22,863 nt of DNA, from NCBI GenBank assembly GCA_001179505.1, contig CDMY01000766.1, positions 1-22,863 of the forward strand, written 5' to 3'. Shown here piece after piece: positions 1 to 13,056 of this stretch (position 1 is its first letter; each line of letters starts with the position of its first letter). The position numbers were made by a program, and so were the translations under genes. The stretch is from Vitrella brassicaformis CCMP3155 (lineage: Eukaryota > Protista > Chromerida). The notes under the pieces were generated by a model. That model was not told where the DNA came from. It made no database searches and saw only the letters and a list, made by a program, of their open reading frames with translations.

Positions 1-3
1 GCG

Positions 4-2553
4 ATGGACGCGCTGGACAAGACAGACATTGTTCAGCGACTCACCCACACGGACAGCAACAGCAACAGCGATGGGGACCAACCCACACAGCCGGTACAGT
101 AAGCAGCTGCAGAGACACTGACTGACACGAGCGAAGGGAGGAGAGGGCCTCATTTGACTGTGTGTGTCCAGGTCGAGCCACAAGCTCCACAGCCACAGCC
201 AAACCAGCAGCCGACGCAGTGTGTGTTGAGTCAGAGCCAGAACCACAGTCAGCTGCCCCCGTCGCAGCCCACCCAACAACCACTGCCAAACAACCCGCAG
301 CCCGTCCCCCTCCCTCCTCCTCTCGCCCTCCCCCTCTCAGTCCAACAGCCGCCCGACGTGCCGCTCTTCGCAGCACCAAGCCACCACAACCAGCAAGGGC
401 AGCACAAGAAGCGCGGTCGACCGAAGGGCAAGGCCAAGGGCAAGGCGCACGGCAAGACACAGATCAACAAGAACACCAAGACACGCAACAAAGGAGGTAC
501 GTACACACGCACGAAAAAGTCCATCAGACCAGCCCACACTGCTCTTCTGCGTGTCATGTGATCAATCAGGTGCAGCCAAGAAGAGGGCACCGAGGCCACA
601 AGCACCAGCAGCGGCACTCGTGGCTGTCAAGACAGAGCCGACCGATGACGAGCCGCCACGCCCCACACGAGACAACGACGACGTGCCGTCGCTGTTCCGT
701 CGTCGGCTGAGTGCCACATTGCTGGACAGCGTCGAGTGGGTGTGCGGTGTGTGTGGCAGTGACAGCGAGCGGCAGTCGTGTCTGGTGCTGTGCGAGGGGT
801 CTGGGAGTGCGAGCCATCTGTCCTGCCTCACGCCGCCACTCACACGGCCACCCTCGGGCGACTTCATATGCAACGACTGCGTGCAGGTCAGACAGACAGA
901 CACAGAAGGAAGAAGAAGCAAAGGAGAAGTGCGGCGTCCATGTGTGTGTTTGTGTCTGTGACGTGTCAGCGGAAGGGCTTGGTGTGCGGTGGGAAGTTTC
1001 AGCGTGGCGAGATCTGTTGGTGTGCGGTGCGGAGCGGTGTGAGTGAGCCGTGCTGTGTCGTGCAGTCATCGCACAACAGCACTGACGGCGACACCTATCA
1101 AGTCATCGCTATCGGAGACACGCAACACAACAGGTACACACACATGTGCGTGCGTGGCCAATGGAGGCGCACACACTCTTGTCTGCTGTGCGTGTGTGGA
1201 TGTGTCAGGGTGTGTGCGTCGAGTGGTGTGATGGTGGACTGGGAGCAGGGGCTGGCGCGATGGCAGCGGATGCCCACACGCACACAGGAGGCCGACACAC
1301 AACGACTTCGAGGGGTCAGCGACGCCATACACATCCTCGCCGGCACCAAAACCATACACGACATCATCATTGCAAACAAACCGACAAGTCAGATACCAAA
1401 CCAGACGGAATCACATACGTCCACCGTCCATATGTCTGTGTGTGTTTCAGGTGGTGGCGAGGGGGAGCATCGCATGGACGTCGCGCCACCAGAGCAGCCA
1501 GAGCAGCCGAGACGCAACAACAAGAAGAGACCGCCCTCACGTACACCAGACACGCAACCACCAGACAGATGCATGCCCGCTTGCCAGTATCGTCTCTGCG
1601 TGTGATCCTGCCTTTGTCCATGCATCAGGTGGATTGAGTGTCGTCAGCCCCCGCAGCAACAACAACAAGAGGCGTCGCCATCGCGGCCGCCGTCCCCATC
1701 GATCAGACAGCCCGGCAGACAGCCTGATCGACCGGAGTGTCGTGGGCGAGTCGGCCAAGGCACTCATCGCCCGAGTGCCCCCGCCTACCAGACAGCCACT
1801 CTGCCACATCGCATCCACCAAGCCACAGCCGCACAGGGACGGCATCGGGACCCTGAGACGCCCCCCCACCATCATCAAGAACCCAATCACCATCAAGCCA
1901 CGCACACAACAGGCACAGCCCCAGCAGCAGCCCGCCCCACACCCACACAACAAGCCAGCCGTGATCAAGGCCGCGCCAGCCGCCGATGCCGATGCTGCTG
2001 TGCAGAGACAGAGCAAGAAGCCATCGCAGCCACGGCCACCCATCAACAAGAATGACCACAAGAAGGGCAGAGAGGACGGCAAACAGCACAAACAGCAGGA
2101 GCAGCCCAAGTGAGCCACAGGGGGACACAAGAGATCTCTGTGTGTCTGTGTGTATTGATGTGTGTATTGTGTTGTGTTGATGTCAGTCGTCCGTCGCGTA
2201 CGACTCAGCGTGCCTGTGTGCTGGCCAACCCTCAGGCGTACGTCAACCAGAGAATCACCTGCAAGTGGAAGGACGGTAGGTAGGGAATGATTAGAGGCCA
2301 ACACACAACACACACTGGCCAATATCTGTGTGTTGTGTGTTGTGTTGTGCAGGTGTGTGGCACAGTGCACGTGTGGTTGCGTATGACACCCTGTCGAAGC
2401 TGCACGACATCACGTATGACGACAACAAACAGACCAAGTCCAAAGTCGGACTGCACAGGTCCGCCACAGCGACACAGAGACACAGAGACACAGACCCACA
2501 CCAGGTGCACCTCCTCTCGTGTGTCGTGTAGATGTACCTTTAAAGTGCTGTGA
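4..2553 (+). CDS. Multi-exon chromatin reader: AT-hook + PHD finger + PWWP-like + C-terminal Tudor-like domain (true start may lie upstream of the window)
   Basis: Hand-spliced GT-AG exons: 4-93, 172-496, 570-886, 970-1133, 1209-~1420, ~1450-~1540, ~1629-2109, 2187-2275, 2353-~2458, 2531-2553; boundaries between 1420 and 1630 are uncertain. Motifs: KKRGRPKGK (AT-hook, ~406-432); CGVC...LCEGS...HLSCLTPPL...GDFICNDC (PHD); FQRGEICWCAV...PCCVV...YQVIAIGD (PWWP-like); YVNQRITCKWKDGVWHSARVVAYDTLSKLHDITYDD (Tudor-like). Confidence 0.75.
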
Positions 2554-2588
2554 TGATCAGTGAGGCACGTCAAGTCGACACACAGACC

Positions 2589-2619
2589 GATCAGATCAGA
2601 TCAGATCAGACAGACAGAC
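2589..2619. repeat. Short (GATCA)n/(GACA)n microsatellite downstream of the chromatin-reader stop codon
   Basis: The sequence gatcagatcagatcagatcagacagacagac. Confidence 0.8.
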
Positions 2620-2834
2620 CCTCATGTGCGTGCCTGGCTTCACGTGTGCGTATGTGTTTCGTGAGGTGAGGCAGACAGACAGACCTGATTGGTTGATGTT
2701 ATCCAATGCATTGACGCATACACAGGTGGACACGACTACATGCATGATCGAAGGGATGGACGACCGTGCATCGCATAATAAAGATGTCTTTCCACGATAT
2801 ACCAAACGTCATAATTAACGCATTCACGACTCGC

Positions 2835-5282
<2,448 letters not shown>

Positions 5283-5377
5283 CGATGTGAGTACTTGAGA
5301 CGCCCCCAGCGCGGCCCCCGTCTTCCGACTCGGAAACTTTCTCGCCTGCCCGCGGCCGCTGCTTGCAAGTTGCAACC
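5283..5377. promoter_or_regulatory. Putative bidirectional promoter or overlapping 5' UTRs between KATNAL2 and the four-TM gene
   Basis: Only 95 bp separate the two predicted divergent ATGs. The interval contains two TTGCAA palindromes (5363-5375). Confidence 0.5.
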
Positions 5378-7158
5378 ATGGTGAAGGACGAGAAGGCCAA
5401 GGAGAAGAAGAAGGACAAGGACGACAAGAAGGACAAAGACAAAGATAAGGGGAAGAAAGACAAGGTAGGTACACAAAACCACGGGAGGCAGCGGGCCGTA
5501 ACTGTAACGGCATTACAAGAGAGGGCCCCGCCATGCGCTACGCACAAGGGTGTGATTGGTCAGGACAAGGACAAGAAGAAGGAGGATGAGAAGGTGAAAC
5601 GTCCCAAGGGCAAGCTGACGGCCTTCTGGATCATCACCAGCCTCCTCGGCCTCACCGGCTGCCTCATGGCCGTCATCTCAATCGGCCTACCATGGCGCGT
5701 CGGCGAGCCAATGAGCATATTCACCTCGTCCAAGTACTACACCATATTCGGAGCTCAAGGCAACGGGTCAGGGTGCATGAGACACACCCACAACACAACA
5801 CAATCGCCGGCCGGCTGCATGTTCGGTAAAAGAGAGTGTGCGTGCGTTATTTCTGAGGACAGGTATATGTCATGGAGTCTGGTCGCTCAGCAGACGTGCG
5901 ACCGTTCCAAGCTGCTAGGCATGGGCGGCGGCATAACGCAGATGACCTGCGCGGCCACGGGGCCCATAAATGAGCAGTGCAATCTGGCCTTCCAGAAGCA
6001 CGTCCGAGACAGGTGCACGGGCTACAGGTTCTTCGGCTCCCTCAGCATGGCGGTCAGTGAGGGAGGGAGGGAGCGAGGGAGGGAGCGAGGGAGGAGTGAG
6101 GAGGCCGGCCAGCCTCACAATGAATGGCTTTGGATTCTGGTGTGTCAGGTTGTGGCGTTGATAGGCATCCCAGCAGCGTGTGGGCTGTGCGGCTCCATGT
6201 ACATCTGCATGGGCGGATACGACTCGCCCATGTGAGTCGGGGTAAGTACTGGAGGACTGGACTGGCTGCTGACTGACTGACTGATCCACAAATGAGACAT
6301 CAAACCACCAAATGAGCATTTGTCTCCCTCTCTCTGCTCTGTCTATGCGCGCGCCTGTCTCCCCTCTTTCTTTGTCCAGAGCTGTTTCTGCTGCGCGGCC
6401 ATCGGCATCAGCATCGGCGGGGGTCTCTTCACCTACATGGTGGACTACTACATCAAGCTCTTCCGCACGACGGCCGTCTACCCATACCCCGTGCCGTCCG
6501 CTGGCCCATACCTGTGCTTAGGGGGCGCCGCCGTCACCCTCCTCCCCATTGTGTGCGCCGCATGCGCCGAGCTCTGCACTCAATTCACCATGTGGCGCGA
6601 GCAGTCTGCCAAGAATGCTGAGGTCGGTGTGCAGGCCTGACCGACAGAGAGAGAGACATAGAGACACTCGACATGCGTGTGTGGGTGTCTGTGTGTGTGT
6701 GTGTGTGTGTGTAGAGGTTGGCTGCTGAGGCCAAGGCGCGTGAGGATGAGTTGGCCAAGCAGAAAGAGGGGGAGGCCGGGCAGGCAGCCGCCATGATGCC
6801 ACCTGGTAGGCTCACACTGAGACACTGACGCAGCCAGACACACAGACAGACAGGCAGACATGTTGCAGGTGCTGTCTGTCTGTGCTTGTCTGGTGCTGCC
6901 TGTCTGCAGGTGGGATGCCTGGTGCCATGCCTGGGATGCCTCCAATGGGAAAGGCACCGCCAGTCGGCAGGGGGGGCCCGCCAGGTCAGTCAGTCGTACA
7001 ATAGACAGACAGACACGTGTGTCGAGGCGCAGACAGAGAGCGAGTTGGCTGTGTCAGATTGGATGTACCGTACGTGTGTGTATGTGTATACAGGCGGTAT
7101 GCCTCCACTTCCCCCCGGCTTGAGTATGGCGGGGAGGGGAGCACCTCCCAAAAGGTGA
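5378..7158 (+). CDS. Claudin/PMP22-like four-transmembrane protein with Lys/Asp-rich N-terminus and Pro/Gly/Met-rich C-terminal tail (~344 aa)
   Basis: Exons 5378-5464, 5564-5766, 5863-6052, 6149-6231, 6382-6622, 6715-6805, 6910-6984 and 7094-7158 give 1035 nt in frame. There are four hydrophobic segments. TM1 ends in LPW and is followed by a Cys-containing loop. The tail reads GGMPGAMPGMPP...PPLPPG. Confidence 0.7.
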
Positions 7159-7490
7159 TGGATGGATGCGGGGGTGAGTGACACTAATTGTCTGTGGGAT
7201 GGATACGGACGGATGGGATGGGATCAATGTGCGACACACTGTCGGATCCATCGGATGTGTGTGATGATTGGATTGATGCTGGCTGTGAGTGAGTAAGCTT
7301 CGCTTCCCTCTGTCACGTTCGTTGACTGTACTGCATGAGGGTCCATCCATCCATCCATCGATGTCTCAATCCCGTCCATATGTCCCATAACGTTACGCAC
7401 GCACGCAAGCAACCGACTTCCATCGACGATATCTCTGTACCAATCACTGTACACACGAAGGCTTAGAAAAAGCCCTGCCTCCCTGTGTCT

Positions 7491-7659
7491 TGTCTGTCTG
7501 TCTGTCTGTCTGGACAGGGAGGGAGCCCCTCCCATCTCTCATATCTCTCTCTCTCACACACACACACACACAAGGGGGCAGGCAGGCAGGCAGGCAGGCA
7601 CACAGAGCCCGCCACGTAGGTATGCATGTCTGTGCATCACATAAGTATACTTATCTCCA

Positions 7660-7709
<50 letters not shown>

Positions 7710-7896
7710 GGCGCGCACACAGAGAGGGCGCCCACCCCACACAAGGCGCGTCACGACCAGCCAGCCAGCCAGCCAGCCAGGCAGTCATGCGACCGATATC
7801 GATATCGTACACACACACACACACATGGTATGGCGACACGCAAATGGATAGATAGGATAGATAGATGGCACCAACACCGACACGAAGGAAGGAAGG
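7491..7896. repeat. Compound microsatellite cluster: (GTCT)n, (CT)n, (CA)n, (GGCA)n, (CCAG)n, (GATA)n, (GGAA)n
   Basis: Tandem simple repeats read directly in the spacer between two convergent genes. Confidence 0.9.
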
Positions 7897-8283
7897 ACAT
7901 ACGAAGCGAAGCACACTTTGGCGGGCAGTGAAAAACCTCCAGCCGGTGTCCTCTGGCGGGCGATATATGCCACAAAGCATTTATTTCGCTGGCCATTCAC
8001 AAACACCAGCCAGCCGCCTAGCCAAGCCACGCCTCCACCCTCCTCCCCCAGTGAGCAGACCAGACAGAAGGAGGAAACCAAACCACCGTCCATCCATCCA
8101 TTTTACCCATCGAAGCCGGCGTGTGATACCAACAAACCGCCGGCAGCTTGGTGCCCTCCCTCTCCCCCACACACATCACAGCGACTGCACACAACTGCCT
8201 CTCTGTCTGTCTGTCTGTCTTTCTGTCATATCCCCTGCCTCGGCCTCGGCCTCCCCCGCCCTTCCCCAGCGACACACGCTCAG

Positions 8284-8845
8284 CTAGCAGGCCAATCGTT
8301 CCAGCACCCACCCCCTGCGCATCACTCCACTGAGCTGCCATCGTGCGTTGGCCCGTGTGAGCAGCAGCACCCGCTGCTTGACTCGCGAGAAGCCCTCCTG
8401 GTGCTCGGCCGGCGTCTCGAAGGTCAGGGTGAGCTCGTGCGGCCGGTGCACGCGATCCACGGCCACGTGCAGCAGCTCGTAGCCAGGGGGGCGGGTGGTG
8501 CTCCGGCTGAAGGTCATGACGCCACTCGCTGACACCCCCTCGCACAGCTGCTCCGCCGCGTTGCAAGCAGTGTACGCCTGCACAGACCACACACTCACAG
8601 GGGTCGTTGCACAGGCGCTCTGCCTCCCTCTCTCTTGGCTTGTTTACGATTGCCTGATTGTGCAGGTGTTGTCCTTTGGCGAGGCGCGACTTGAGGACCG
8701 ACCCTGCGTCATTGGTGAAGGCCTTGCACACCGACAGGAGGTCCCGCAGCGAGGCGGTGGAGGTGCAGGGGAGGGCGAGGTACACATAGAGGGGCGACGA
8801 GGGCACGGGGGGTAATGACGGGTGGTGCACCAGGCTGTCAGACAT
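8284..8845 (-). CDS. Small hypothetical protein, probably two exons (~165 aa)
   Basis: ATG at 8845 (MSDSLVHH...). A gtaaac...gtgcag intron (~8580-8645) joins in phase 0 to AYTACNAAEQLCEG...VLERLAC*. Codon usage is GC3-rich like the neighbouring genes. No recognisable domain. Confidence 0.55.
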
Positions 8846-9193
8846 ACACGGCGCGCCTCTCTTCCAGATCGTAAGGGCTTAGCTTGCAGACTGCCCCCAA
8901 AATCCGGGCTCGCCTCTTTCGGCCCCAAATCTTGCCCAGTTTTTCTTTTTTCGCCTTTATCGCGCTTGAATAAAGGCTTCCGCGATAGCTGCAGTAATAT
9001 CCCACACACCACAGTTCGTACGCGCCCTTCCTGCGTCTTTGATTGTCTCAGCTGGCGTCTCATTTGCTCGGCGACGCGCTATTGGCGACGCGGCACCCTG
9101 GCTGCCCACCTCTACCGCTGGCTAGCGCTCATCACATTCACCCTTGTCATCGCCGGCAATGCCGCATTCTCTGCAGTGCTGTCCTTGACCATC
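8846..9193. promoter_or_regulatory. Putative bidirectional promoter between the orphan gene and the SAM-domain gene
   Basis: 348-bp divergent spacer containing the T-rich tract gtttttcttttttcg and aataaa (~8940-8975), which is unusual against the GC-rich background. Confidence 0.4.
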
Positions 9194-12100
9194 ATGTCGT
9201 CGAGTAGCAAACGGTGCGGCAATAAGAAGACCGTTCTCGTCAGCTTTGGGGGCGGGGGTTCCTCGGCACAGCACACCAGTGCCGCAGCGTTCCCCATCGA
9301 CTACGTCTCGTCCGTCCCCCATGTCCCCCTGCAGCCGCCACCGTCGTCCTTCCTGTCCACGGCTGAGACGAAGCGCAAGTCGTCCTCTCACCAGAGTGGC
9401 GCTGTCCCCCCCGCCCCGCCCCGGCTGGTGGACTGCATCAGCTGGCCGACACTCGACAAGACCGAGACGTCCGCACGGAAACCTTCCCAGCAGCAGCAGC
9501 AGCAGGCCAATAGAGGGGATGACAATGACAATAAGCCACAGCAGCAGACCCAGCGGCAGCAGCGGGGAGGGGCAGGGGGAGACAAGAGTTCTGTGTCTCG
9601 GGATGCGTCGGTGTCTGCGGGGGATAATAACGGTGACCTGGAGGGGCGGATGCAGGCGTGGGGGGTGCGGTGTTCGCTGGAGGACTGGATGAGGATGCGC
9701 AACCTGCCCGCACTGCCGGCGGGGATCGACAAGGTGTCGGAGTCAGTCCAGCAGCACATTCTCAGGAACTGGCCACTCATCGTCCGGTAGGCACACGGCA
9801 CACACAAGGCATGAAGGAGGGGGGAGGTAGAGGGAGATGCTCTGCACGTCGATGTGTGTCCCTCACGGTACGTGTCAGGCGTGACGGTACGTTTGAGAGT
9901 TGGAGTGAGCAGATGAAGGGTCAGCGGTCGGCCGATGAGATGTACGCGGACCTGCAGACCTACATCGACGAGCACAGCGTCAAATTCGCCACCAAATGGA
10001 AACAAGAATTCGAGGAATCAACCAGACAGTCCGTCTGCACACCAAACCTCCATCCATCCATCCATCTACATGCCTTTTGTGTGTGTGTGTGTGTCACATG
10101 CAGGTTCCCTCGTGAGTTGGTTGACCGTCTCAGGGCCAAGATGGTCCAGTGGGTGCTCTCGGACCACTCAGTGCGGGGATGCTTCTTCCTCTCGCCCTCC
10201 CGCCTGGCCTACCTGCTCTGCCGTTGGCCCTTCGTGGGGCCTGAGGGGGACTACCGGACGGTGCTGCACGGCCTCAAGACCTCCTGGAAAGTCACAAGCT
10301 CCTTCTACAGCGCTGTGGGCATCGTGGCGCAGGGACGGACGTTGCTGTGAGTGCACGAGACACATGCGCATACTGCGTGTGGCCGAAGGTGGTATCTCTC
10401 CTCCTCTGTGTGGGCGTGTGCAGGCCGGTGATACTGCCTCGCGAGATATTGAGCAACGTCTATGCGATTGAGGACGAGTTTGGCCTGCCTGAGGAGTCCA
10501 TCGTCAAAGTAGGTGCAGTGCGGGGCGGGGCGGGAGAGATGCTTGCACAAGGCACCCTGCTCGCCTTGAGCACACACACACACACTTGCGGATGCAGGTA
10601 GTCAAGTTGTTCCGCATCCCCGGCCACGTGGACCACTTCATCCGCATGTGGCGCAAGAGCGCGCGCGGCGAATCCCACCCACCGGCAGGCCCTCAGCTTG
10701 ACACCCGAGACACCACCGCCAACACAGACACAGCGAACGAGGCCACACATACCGAGCAACCACCACCACCAGCAGCAGCAGCAGCATTAGCAGCGCCCCC
10801 AGACTTGCCGCAGCTCACAGTTGGCGACCATCGCTCCGACCTATACCGCGAGTTTGAGGAGGCCTGGGCGCAGGCGGCCGTCAGGGGCACCAAGAGGCAG
10901 CCGCTCGAGGGAGGGCTTGTGGGGGATATGGAGGGCGTTTGCAGTGGGGGTGCGAGGTTTGTGCCTAGGAGGGGCGGTGGTCCCCTGCTGGCGGGCCGCA
11001 CCGAGACCATTCGGCACTTTGAGGCGGCGGCCAGCCGATTTGCGAGGGAGAATGTGTATGCGCATGAGCCGCTCAGTGGCAGCCTCAAGGAGGCTATTCT
11101 CCTGGGAGACAGGTAAGCCTAGCGTGTGGATGTCTATCGTCTGGTTTGTATCGATGCAGGTGTGTATTGTGTGCCCGATGTGATGTGCCTGCCACTAAGA
11201 ACAGGGGCGAGGATTGTCCTGAGATGGCGTCTCTGCGTGCGTTGGCTTACTCGTGGGGGCTACACGAGGACACCGTGGTCATGCTCACCAACTCACTCAC
11301 ACCAAAAGAGGTAGGTACACACACACCGATTTTCCCGTCCACAGGCCCACACGTACGCGCCCGTTTTCACCGTATCAGATATCGACGATCTTCCGGCGGG
11401 CGGAGTCGCGTGACTCGCGTCTGCCCTCCCCGCTCATCGTTGACTCGCTCACCATCCACCCGCCCCTGACGCCCTCTCCCCATGACAAGCCGGCCCTGCC
11501 GCACTACAAGAAGGAGAAAGACTGGACCATCCTCAACATGGCCAGGCGCATCGTCCGCTATGGCGACGACTTTGACGACAACGAGGAGGACATCGACACG
11601 ATGGCTCAAGGGGAGGTGGGGAGTGAGAGCGACCATCATTACGATCAGAGGCCGGGTGTCCCGCCCCCTGTGCCCCCGCCCGTGGTGACGGAGGAGACCT
11701 TCCCCAGGCTGCTTAATGGCCATGATCGGGAGCTGCTTCTGCTTGACCCCTGGAGGGCGCAGCAGCAGCTGCAGCGGCAGGAGGAAGAGGAGGACCAGCA
11801 CGACCTCACCCCCGAGTATGAGCAGCTCAGGCGCACCCGGGGCTCATTCACCCACCTCTCCGCCCTATACCAGCCACCACCACAAGCACCGCCTGCCCGC
11901 AGCACCTGGTCCACTAGTGGCGGGTTTGCCTCCCTGTATCCCTTCCCCCTGTCGTCGCATTACCCGTGGGAGCACGACGCGGCGTACGAGGCGGAGACAC
12001 AGCGGTGCTCTCTGTTCGCTGCCGATCCCGTCGGCGTGATACGGGCTGCTGGCGAGAGGGGGGTGGTGGTGGGCGGCAAGGGGAGGAGTGGGAGGAGTCA

Positions 12101-12785
12101 TCGGGGATATATCATGGCGGATAAACCTGCCGACGAGGCGCTGTACCGTCCCTTCAGCGTGTCTCGGTGTCACGGCGGTGGCCTTGACCTCAATCAGGAG
12201 GTGCACAAGGCCCACGCGATGATGGTGCAGCAGCAGATGCGGCACAACTACACCCACAGCCAGCACAAGGGTGTCGCGGTGGTCAGGAGGGATGTGCCCC
12301 ACGAGAAGGACAAAGACAAGCAGGAGCCGTCAGCCGTCACAACCACCTCCTCGTCCGCTTCCTTCGTCTCCCAGCAGATGCTCCCCTCCCGCCCCACCAC
12401 ACCCACCCTCCATCCCACTCACCACCACAAACACAGCAGCAGCACCAGAGACAGGACAGGGACAGACGGCACCCACCCGCCACCCCTCATCGAGCTGCTC
12501 CAAATCGCCAACGCCTCCCAGTACCACGGCGTGTTGGCCGCTGAGGGCCTGGACGCCGTCGATTTTTTGAGGCAGGTAGTGAGCGACAGCCAGCTGGCGT
12601 GTCGGTGCCCGACTGTGCCGCGGGAGACGCGCAGCAACATCATGCGGACGGCGGACAAGCTGGCGCACGGATACACACTGCGGATGGAGGCCATTGCGCC
12701 GGCAGCAACGGCCGTCGACACACACACAAGGGAGAGGGAGAGGGAGAAGGAGAGGAAGAGCTCAAGTGCCAAGATCACGCCATGA
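9194..12785 (+). CDS. Large multi-exon protein with an unidentified central globular region and a C-terminal SAM (sterile alpha motif)-like domain
   Basis: Phase-consistent GT-AG introns at about 9787, 10029, 10347, 10509, 11113 and 11310. The C-terminal LIELLQIANASQYHGVLAAEGLDAVDFLRQVVSDSQL...RSNIMRTADKL (~12486-12665) follows the SAM pattern (L..L.L.QY...F.E..ID.L..L...DL...R.KIL..I..L). Confidence 0.65.
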
Positions 12786-13056
12786 CAGATGGGATGGGTG
12801 GATGGAGAGGGGGTGGTGTACCATATGCGCATCGGCGTGTGGCGGTGCCGAGTGCATAGACTGGCGTGCGTGCGTGTGGTTGTTGGACTGAGTGAGTTGA
12901 GTGACAAGACAAGCTGACGGCAGACAGATTGATGAACGAATACGTCTCGATCAACGAACGAACGGCCTGTCGCATTTCTGTATGCATCCATGCACGAGAA
13001 GCCTCTCGTCACACAACAAACAAACAAAACACCACCATGACTGTCCACCCCTCCCC

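Noticed and set aside
5283-5534. Open-frame extension of KATNAL2 upstream of ATG 5282
   Set aside because: It is antisense to the first exon of the four-TM gene, and family similarity begins just after the Met at 5282.
7544-7705. Two similar (CT)n(CA)n blocks suggesting a tandem duplication or CRISPR-like array
   Set aside because: The similarity is confined to simple repeats. There are no constant-length repeats with unique spacers, and the context is eukaryotic.
7796-7809. Perfect palindrome cgatatcgatatcg
   Set aside because: It is a short tandem of the self-complementary unit GATATC inside a microsatellite field, with no supporting context.
7918-8532. 204-aa plus-strand ORF, and similar long antisense ORFs (14683-15441, 1537-2370, 9388-10005, 17771-18370)
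   Set aside because: They lie antisense to better-supported spliced genes or run through microsatellites. Long stop-free shadow frames are expected in GC-rich sequence, and they show no domain motifs.
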